NCBI RefSeq assembly: GCF_009914755.1
Contig: NC_060926.1
Source of the DNA: the human T2T-CHM13v2.0 reference genome, Homo sapiens
Length of the DNA: 64,000 nt
Strand: one strand, 5' to 3'
Positions 51,186 to 64,000 of the stretch are shown here, piece after piece. Both the position numbers and the translations under genes were made by a program. The notes beneath the pieces are model-generated. The model was given only the letters and a program-made list of their open reading frames with translations. It was not told the origin of the DNA and did not search any database. The first letter of the stretch is position 1; each line of letters opens with the position of its first letter.

Positions 51186-51610
51186 CTCTAGTCAGTTTTG
51201 TGTTGCTATAACAGAATACCTGAAACTGGATGATTTAGAAAGAAAAGAAGTTTATTTGGCTGACGATTCTGGTGGCTGGAAAGTCCAGGTTTGAACATCT
51301 ATATCTGGCAAGGGCCTCAGGCTGTTTCCACTATGGCAGACAGCAGAAGGGGAGGGGATACCTGCAAAGAGATCCCACGGCAAGAGAAGAAGCCAGACAT
51401 TAACAACCTGGTCTCTCCGAAATAATTCATTCTCACAAAAGCAAAAATTCACCCCAGCAGGAGGGCATTAATCTATGAATGAAGAATCCACCCCCATAAT
51501 CCTTTAATGAGGACCCAAACACCTCCCACTAGGCTCCCACTCCCAACACTGCCACATTGGGAATGAAATTTCAACATGAGTTTTGGCAGGGACAAACCAA
51601 ACCATAGCAA
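51186..51610 (-). mobile_element. MST-type MaLR LTR
   Basis: agtcagttttgtgttgctataacagaatacctg...ggacaaaccaaaccatagca. Confidence 0.75.
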
Positions 51611-53114
51611 TAATGTAGCATGAGCAAAGGCCAGCATAAACATGAATAACAGAATCAGACTGCAAAGCTTTAGCTATTGAAATTACTAAACACAGAACAT
51701 AAAATAAGCCTATTAAATATATTAAAAGAAATAAGAGAAAAAAATGAAAATATGCATAAAACATGACCAGAAGATTTGAAGAAGACCTGAAAGAACTACT
51801 AGAAGTTTAACAGGTAATATTTCAAATTAAAAATACAATAGACAGGTTTAACAGCAGAATAATCACAACTGGAGAATAGATTCAGATGGATAGATCCAAG
51901 AAAATTTCCAGAATGTAGCCCTAAGAGACAGAAAATATGAATGAAAGGTTATAAAACATGAAGACAGTCTTGTGAAAAATACAACAATTATCTAATTGGA
52001 GTTCCAGACAGACAGGAGAGAAGGAGAAGGGCAAAGGTAATAACTGAAGAGGTAATGGCTGAGGATTTTTTAGAAATGACAAACCACAGTTTTTAAAAGC
52101 CCAACAATCCCAATAAGGATAAATAAAAGGACATTCACACTTAGACATCATGTAGTTGAACTACAGAATACCATAAACAAAGAAAAAAAGTTGAAAAGCA
52201 GCCAGAGAAAGATAAGACAGATTAGCGTACTTTCAACAGGGCAATTAGACTTCTTAACAGTTACAGAAGCCAGAAAAAGTTTAACATTTTCAATGTGTTG
52301 AAAGAAAATTACTGTCAACCAGAATTTGAATATTATCTTTCAAAAACAATGACAAAGTCAGACACCTTCAAAGAAACAAAAACAGAGTTTGCCATCAATA
52401 GACCCTCACTAAAGGAAATTCTAAAGGCTGCTATTTAGGCAGGAAGAAAGGGAACAAGGAAGGTCAGAGATGAATAAAAGAATGAGGAGCAAGGAGAGTG
52501 CTGAATATGTGCTTAATTGTAAATAAATATTGGCTACAAAGATCAATAATTTTTTAAAAAAATATCTTTTTAAAAAATAATATCTTAAGGGGCTGAAAAA
52601 ACAAGATAGAAATGAAATACACAGCTGTCAATAGCATGTAACTGGGAGGGGAGGATCAGAATTAAAGTGTTTATTGTGTGGTAGGATGGTAAAGATATTA
52701 AGTTTCCAAGTTAAAATTTCTAGCATAACTACCAAGAATATATAACTTTTTAACTATAAAGGGAAAAAGTGGAAAGAGAAGAATAATACAAAGTAGATGA
52801 GAATAGAGGAAAAAACAAAATATTGAAGGTTCAAGATACATAAAAAGCACAATATAAGATGGTGAAAATAAATCCAAATGTTATCAATAAGTAAAATAGA
52901 CTACTCAATTTATAAGCAAAGACTGACTGGTAGTATATATTGTGTTTTAAAGAATGCAGGTATATTCTCTTAAGTCACATTTAAAACATAAGGATTCAAA
53001 AATGTTAAGAATAAGAGCGTGAAAAAAAATTGTATCACGCAGACACTAACCAAGAGGATGTTGGTGTTGCTATATTAGTATCAGACAAAATAACCCTTAA
53101 GGCAAAAACCTTCA

Positions 53115-53541
<427 letters not shown>

Positions 53542-54790
53542 TTAAATACCTAGATAAAGTTGACCAAATCAGTAAGGAGAAAGATTAGAACAACATAATT
53601 TACAAGCCGGTGCTAATTAAGTACAGTACATAGAACACTGCACCTAACAGCTACACAATATAGATTCTTTTCAACCAACATGGAGTATTTTTGAAAACTG
53701 ACCACATTGCTAGGTTAGAATACAAATCTCAACAATTTAAAATTGGAATCATACAGACCACAGTTTCTGAACCTAATGCAATTAAATTAGAAATCAATAA
53801 CAAAGGGATAACTAGGAAAGTCCATATTTGAGAAATTAAGATATCCTCTTCTAAATAACATGTGGGCAAAAGAAGGAATTATGATGGAAATTAGAAAATA
53901 CAATGTGTGAACACAAAGACCCTATAATAAAAATGTATTTAATGTAGATAAAGTAAGATCTAGAGAGAAATTACAGCCTTATATGCTTTTATTAGAAGAG
54001 ATGAAAGACTAACAATAAGTTAAGAAGTTAGAAAAATAATAATGAAATAAAAATAAGTAAGAGAGTAGAAATAATAAAGATAGTAGAAATTAATAATATG
54101 GAAAATAAAAATACAACAGAAAGGATTCACAAGGCCAAAAATTATTTCTTTGGAAAGCCTTTTATAGGTAAATATTAGAACAAAAGAGAGGTTATAATTA
54201 CAGTTGATGGACACATTAAATGGTTAATTAGGAGGATAATGTACGGCAGGGCTATAAGTTGGAGAACTTAGGAAAATGGATAAATTCATAGAAAAAATAG
54301 AATTTACTAAAACTTCCTCAAGAGGAAACAGAAAATAATATTCCAAACCATAGTCAAGAAAATGAATTGGTTTAAAATTGACCCACAAAGTAAATACCAA
54401 AACCAGGTAGTTTTTTGTTTTCTTTAAAAATTTTTTTAATTATAGAAATTTTAATCATGCACAAAAGTAGAGAAAATTGTAAAATGAACTATGTACCCAC
54501 CATTCAGCTTCAATGATTGTCAGCACTTGCCTTTCCTTTTTATTCAATCTCCACCCTCATTTTAAAAAAATTGTTTGCTTTGAAATAATTTTAATGTTAC
54601 AGAAAAGTTCAATAAATAGTACCAAGCATTCACATATATCATTCATCCAGTTTCCCCTGTTGTTAACGCTTTACATACCTATAGTACAATTAATCATACA
54701 GATTTTGATTCTCTCCTAATTGATCCATGGATTTAATGAAGAAGCAAGCATATATACAATTTTACTTATATGAAGTTAACAAAAAAAGTC

Positions 54791-54932
54791 TTATTTTATT
54801 TTATTTTATTTTTTTAATGAGACAAGGTCTCACTATGTTGCCCAGGCTGGTCTCAAACTCCTGGGTTCAGGTGATTCTCCTGCCTCAACCTCCCAATAGC
54901 TGGAATTATAGGCATGCCCCACGATGCCCAGC
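54791..54932 (-). mobile_element. Alu monomer (FLAM-like)
   Basis: Single-arm Alu with tail. Confidence 0.8.
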
Positions 54933-55119
54933 AATGTTGTTTTTTTAAAAAAGAACACAAATATATGTGGTAAAAAAAGAAAAATAAGGAACATTTTAAT
55001 TTCCTTTTATTTGTCTCAGAGATAAATCCATTTATCTCTGAGTGTGAAGGGCTAGGGCTGGGATCAGGAAGGGGCTTACAGAGAACTTAGAAATGTTTAT
55101 TTTCCTAAACTAGATAGTT

Positions 55120-56738
55120 CTTGCTATACCTCTCTTGTGCTGGACATTCTGGGCCTCTGCCCTGGGCCCCAGGCTTTGGAGTGCCTTCCTTGGAATGTTC
55201 TAAGTCTCTCTCCGGTGCATGAGATCAGCTGGGGAGTGCAGATCAGTCCTGCACCTGAGCCCAAACCTGATCTCACCTGGGTCCCAGTCCTCAGAAGCGC
55301 TTTTCTCAAAAGTTGGTGAGTACTCCAGTGACTAGGACCATTGTGGACTGGGCGTGCTATCTGGGCAATGTACCCAATACTCAGAACGGGACTCATGGTC
55401 CTGGACCTCCATTTCTCCCCAGGGCACATTTCTCCTTTGGGGCATTCTCCGACTCTCCACCAACCCACCTCTTCACCACCACGAGGTCAACCAGATGCCC
55501 AGAGGAGCTTTGAGACTCTCCCCTATGAGATGGTTCCTGGGTTCTGGAGGGTGGCCTGGTGAGTAGATCACTCCCACTGGCCAGTGAGATATTTCTTTTG
55601 CAGGATTGCTGAGCCACCAGAAAGGTGAAGACACGCTGATTTGGAGTGATTCTCATTCGTGCTGGACTAAAGACAAAGTTAGGCCTTTGGAGTACCCATG
55701 TTCACGGGTGTTCCCACTGCAGGGTCACTTCCAGCAAACAGCACCCGAGGTCAGCAGGGATGGCAGTGGGCATCCTGTACCCTATGCACATCCCACCCAT
55801 CACTGGCACCCAGGATGGTCCGCAGGCTCTAGGCCACATGTCAGACCATCCCCATGGGTGGCCTTGCCTGACTTCTTGAGGGATTTAGAGGCTGTTGCTC
55901 CTCAGTGCCAATGGGCCTTTCCTATCAATAACATCATGGTCTCTCAGGTCTATCTTAAGCCTTTCGGGACAAGGATCTGACCTTTTTGTGCAAATGGGAC
56001 CGATTTTTGGTCTCTGCCCTGGCCCCTGACTTATCCTCCCTGCTGGTGGTGGGGTTTGGAAGGCAGAGGTGTGGTCAAGATAGAAAGAGATCACATTGTA
56101 GGAATGCAGGAATCACAGAAAATGAGAGATTCAATTGGAAGATATTTTCTAAGTTTTCGCCATACATTTCCTATCAGTAAATTTAACATGATTGGAAAAC
56201 AAATTACAGTTCACATTTTCCTGTATGTGAACTGTAGCCCAGAACAATCTTTGAGTGTTTGGCAGCCCTGCAGCATAATGTGTGAGACAGAGTCATGAGT
56301 AATGATATCATCGGTATTAAATAAATTATAATCAGGGAATTTCAGAGGTAAGAAGATCTACATTGTTTAAATACAAGCAGGTTTAAAGAGCCATGACATT
56401 GTGAGAATTAAGAGCAGTGCAACTTTTTTTCTGATGTGAAAGATATGAAATTAACCAGGAACAGTTCTTTCAATAAGGAACTTGAAGAGATGGTTCCTGA
56501 ATCTGAGTAAGAAGAGATGGTGCCTGGACTCTAGGAAGAATCTTCATCTGTGCTGATTGAACAATAAACAAAGAATGTCTTTTCTATTAATTACTTTAAA
56601 TCTTCATGCATAAATCACCATTCCTCACATTGGCCCATAAATTTTGTAGGGCAATTTTAAAATCAAATTGTTCATGTAGACAGGGACCTCACAAAAAAAT
56701 ATTTACTTGTGGCCCCACACACCCTAGGGGCAGCAGTG
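55120..56738 (+). mobile_element. hAT-Tip100 (Arthur1-like) DNA transposon relic
   Basis: Subterminal gggcctctgccctgggcccc at the left end and ggccccacacaccctaggggcagc at the right end. Internal HIFLYVNCSPEQSLS resembles the hAT dimerisation motif (IFL..PV..CS.ERSFS). Confidence 0.55.
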
Positions 56739-58977
56739 GATACTTGGATGTTTTTGCATTCTTCATTCATTATCTGTATCTTAGAAATGTTGTTTTATAT
56801 CTACTCAATATTTAATAAAAACTTCTTTCTAAAATAAGAGACACAAGTAGAGGAAGTGGAGCTAGCAAAGAAGGCACAGAATGAGTAGTTAGAGAGATCA
56901 GAAGGGAACTGTGGTACCTAGAGGAATATAATAAATGTTTCTAAATTAATAATGGATTCATGAACCAGGAGAAAGTTGAGAGAAGTTTTGGGCAAGAGAT
57001 GTGGCCATATTTGTAACTCAATTTGTCAAAGCATGTCATATTGGTTATGCACAATATGAAATCTGAACTCATTTAGAAAATCCTGCCCCCTTGGACCCAA
57101 AGCATCTAACACCATCTATAATACCAATCCAAGGTGTTATATTCCAAACTATAATGTTCTATAATCTGTTTTAAAAGTGAATTTCTGTGTAAAATAAAGA
57201 GCTTATTAAATGTAGGGTAATGAAGAAGTCTAGGGGGACCCTGTTCCATAACATCTCCATCATTTAGGAACTATATACATTTGCATTTACCTTTATGGCT
57301 TTTCTTTTGAAATTTTTGTCCTAATTTAAGTGACATCATTAAAACAAAAAAATGATGTCTATATAATATTGCTTCCTTTACTTAGCTATTTCACTTTTGT
57401 GGTTGACTGTTAAATTGTCTGCTTATGGATATACTTAATGAATAATTCTGATTATTTTCTCTCTTCAGTAGATTACTAACCCTACTCATCTTTTCTTAAA
57501 ATGCAAAGAATGCTTAAATGAATGATTTCCTTCATTTACTCCTTGTTATTAGTTCAGGATTTGTTTTTAAGCTTTGCCAAAGGTTGTTTCCACTACAAAG
57601 TTCTGGTCTCTCCTATATGAGGGGACCCTCAATACCACTATAATCTTTTTGCATGCTCAATAATCTCCTCCTTCATTATCTTCAGTGGCTGTTTCAAACT
57701 TCAAGCTCTCTTCCCCATTAAGTCATTCCTTTCTCCCCTTTACTCACAGTAAATCAGTTTTCCTCCCCCTCTTCCCGCTACTAATATTACTATTATACAA
57801 ACACACACACACACACCCCTTCCTGATAAATCCCCACTCTTTACCATCAAATTGTCTTCTCCCTTGCTTTCTTCCCATTTCACTGTAATTAGTGTTCTTC
57901 ATTCTATTCATGATTAAATACTCCAGTGTGTGTTGATCAAACCCCTTCTATTCAGAAACCTCATGCTCTCAACCATTCTCTCCCTCTTCCTCTCTCTCTC
58001 ATGTACACACATACCTCTACAACTTCCTCCACTCTAACTTTTTCCTACCAGTATATAATCAAGTTAAATCTTACTTAATACTAAACAAATGAACAAACAG
58101 ATTTTCCTTAACTCAGTGTCCCTCTTAAAATTAGGCTATCCCTCCTGTTGTGAACTGCATGTCCCAGCAGCAGCATTCACAGAATCAACACAGTGAATAA
58201 AATCCCCTAGGATTGACCATTACACACCTGAGCATCCACATGCAGTGGGCCTCCTCAAATTACCCATTTGTCTCCTTCCCGTTATAGTTACTGGGGAAAA
58301 AACTTATGCTTGTCTCTTTTTTCTTACTCATTCCTTAGCTGACTACAATTGGTGTCTACACCACTAGCTTGATGTAATGTCTGGGGCTAAGGTCAATAGT
58401 TCCTTATTGCCAAGTCTGAATATTTGTCTGCCTTTATCTTACCCAACTGTTATTTGAAGTTATAGACCAAACGGTTCTCAAAACTCCTCCTTTAACTTCC
58501 TTCTTCTTCTGAGGTTCCTTCCTCCTACCTCGCTGGATAATTCTCTACAGATTCCTTTAAGGACTTTGGTCCTCCAGGCCCTCCTTAGATGTGGTGTTCT
58601 CTGAAGTTGCGTCGTAGACTCTCTATCCTCTTCACTTTTTCCAGGTTGTTTAGATGACGTTGCTGAAATACTTGGCATTAGCTATATTGGGATCAAATTT
58701 TGAGACAGAGGGTTTTGGGAGTGGGGATGGACAGGAAGGTTGTAAAGTCAAGGGGGCAAAGTATAATATAATCTACCCTTGGAAATCCTTCGAATAGCCC
58801 ATGGACACAGAATAGCACTTTCTCCTAATAAGTCTGCACAGTTTTCCTCCAGTGTTAGAAGAAAGTATTGAACTTCAGCTAAGCACCAGGTTACATGACT
58901 TGACTTAGGTTTAGAACCATGGAATTTTAAGGGGAAAAACAGGCACAGTATCAGCATCATTATTATTATTATGATAA

Positions 58978-59137
58978 TTTTTAGAGACAGAGTCTCATTA
59001 TGTTGCCCAGGCTGGAGTGCAGTGGCTATTCACAGGAGCAATCATAGCGCCCTGCAGCCTTGAACTCCTGGGCTCAAGCAGTCCTCCCACCTCAACCTCT
59101 TGTGTAGCTGGGACTACAGAACCACTGAGCTTGGCTT
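58978..59137 (-). mobile_element. Alu monomer (FAM/FRAM-like)
   Basis: gtggctattcacagg FAM-like signature; TSD ggcacag(t/c)atc. Confidence 0.8.
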
Positions 59138-59603
59138 GGCACAGCATCTTTAAGCACAAGACCAACACCCAGCATAGGGAGATGTTCAGCCCAGGGAATC
59201 TGAAACCTGCCTCTCTTCTCATGTTCATTTGGGGACAGACACTGAGAGGAATGGTGGGAAAAAATCATCACATCATTTTAACTATTGATTTTCTTTCTCC
59301 CTATTTTTTGTCTTTGTTTTGACAAAAACAAAGATGTGTACTTGGATTTGCATAAACTAAATGTACACGTGCCCTATACTACCTGTATGTAAATAACTCT
59401 CCTGTGTCTCCAGTCTGGTCTCCCTTCTGAGACCAGGCCCACATGTTGGAAATCCCTTTTCTAGGCTGATCATCCCTTCATATTAACACTCTGTAGACTA
59501 ATCTCATCATTTCCCCCTACCTTTATCCCCAGAACTACTCCCCTTCTCCAGTCCAGCCTGGAAGAATGATACCTTTGTTCAATCACCCAAGCCAAATACC
59601 TGA

Positions 59604-60182
<579 letters not shown>

Positions 60183-60408
60183 TAGGTAGGTCCTTTCAAT
60201 GTGGTGCTGAAGCATTATTAAATAGATCTACTCAATAACTATTTAAAATTGTTAATGTATCTCCATTGAAGTTATTACTGTTGTTATTATTGGAATTTAT
60301 AAATTAAGGGCTCACACTAGGCAGTTAGTTACATGTTAACTTGTAGATTTTTGCATGGTAGAGATGCAAAGTTTTTTTTCTGATAGAAGAGGTAATCCCA
60401 ATGTTTTA

Positions 60409-60558
60409 TTTATTTTGTTTATTTTATTTTTATTTCAATAGTTTTGCAAGAACAGGTGGTGTTTCGTTGTATGGAAAAGTTCTTTAATGGTGATTTCTGA
60501 GATTTTGGTGCACCCATCACCTGAGCAGTGTACATGGTACTACTCACTGTGTAGTCTT
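60409..60558 (-). mobile_element. Very short L1PB-like 3' end
   Basis: gtggtgtttcgttgtatgg...gattttggtgcacccatcacc; TSD cccaatgtttta / cccagtgtttta. Confidence 0.75.
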
Positions 60559-60752
60559 CCCAGTGTTTTACTGCTCTAACACTAGCCACCAGATCTGTCA
60601 CTAACTTAAAAAAAATTAAAAGCTGACATTGGGTCCTCTCTTGATGGTGTATATAAACACCCATTCCTTAAGTCTCTTAGAACCAGCTTAACCAAATTAC
60701 TAGTTTCTGCACTATTTAATGAATTCAATAAAATCTTTGACAATTCTCCATT

Positions 60753-61300
60753 TTTAAAAAGTTTTATTCTTAATTGATGAATAATAATTGTGTATTTTTA
60801 TGGGATACAATGTGATGTTTTGATACATGTTTGTACTATGGAATGACCAAATCAGGCTAATGAACGTATCCATCACTGCAAATGCTTTTCATTTCTTTGT
60901 GATGAGAAATGACAAAATCCACTCTTTTAGCTATTTTGAAAGATATGATACATTGTTATTAACTATAGTCATCATGCTATGCAGTAGGTCACCAGAATCC
61001 ATTCCTCCTCTCTAACTGAGACTTTATACCCTTTGGCCAAAGGCTTCACTTTTCTCCTCTGCCCTTATCTCCACCATTCTACTCTCTACTTCTTTGGAAT
61101 TCACCTTTTTAAGATTTTGCACGTAAGTGAGATCATGCAGTACTTTTTTTTTTTTTCTGTGCTTGGCTTATTTCCCTTAGCATAATGTCCTCTAGGTTCA
61201 TCCATGTTGTCACAAATGACAGAATTTCCTGCTTTTTAAAGGCTGAATAGTATTCCATTGTGTATGTATACTTTTTTTTTTTTTATCCATTCATCTGTTG
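60753..61300 (-). mobile_element. L1MA-type 3' end (5'-truncated), abutting the PSAT1 retrocopy
   Basis: Typical L1MA 3' terminus (aataataattgtgtatttttatgggatacaatgtgatg...gtgagatcatgcagta...atccattcatctgttg). Confidence 0.8.
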
Positions 61301-63858
<2,558 letters not shown>

Positions 63859-64000
63859 ATTCTCTATTAATATGTGACTCATGTTTTTAAACTCTTTGGA
63901 AATTATACTTTGACATCATACTGCTACTAATGAATTGTTTCTAACATGCTTATCTGATCATATTATTTCTCTGCTTAAATTCCTTAATGGCTGCGGGTAG

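Overview
Human (AluYa5-type insertion present) euchromatic DNA, recognisable as the TMEM17 locus on chr2p15. The only intact protein-coding gene is TMEM17 on the minus strand: 4 coding exons, 198 aa, a CpG-island promoter and an RFX X-box. The rest is mostly retroposed and transposon-derived DNA: about 25 Alus, a full-length but disabled L1PA (~L1PA6), older L1M/L2/MIR/L3 relics, a cluster of solo LTRs (MER52/LTR27-like, MER11, LTR12, another ERV1, MaLR), a hAT relic, a 7SL retrocopy, and processed pseudogenes of RPL37, RPL21 and PSAT1. I found no evidence for a new multi-gene system. The most unusual structures are: (i) a 46-bp-arm palindrome enclosing a 15-bp tandem array at 50.5 kb, (ii) a probable PSAT1-mRNA/L1 chimeric retro-insertion under one target-site duplication (TSD), (iii) a 20-bp insert copied from 2.7 kb away, and (iv) an unidentified mRNA-like segment split by an LTR12. 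Repeat subfamily names, pseudogene numbers and parent-gene comparisons are from memory; no database search was run.
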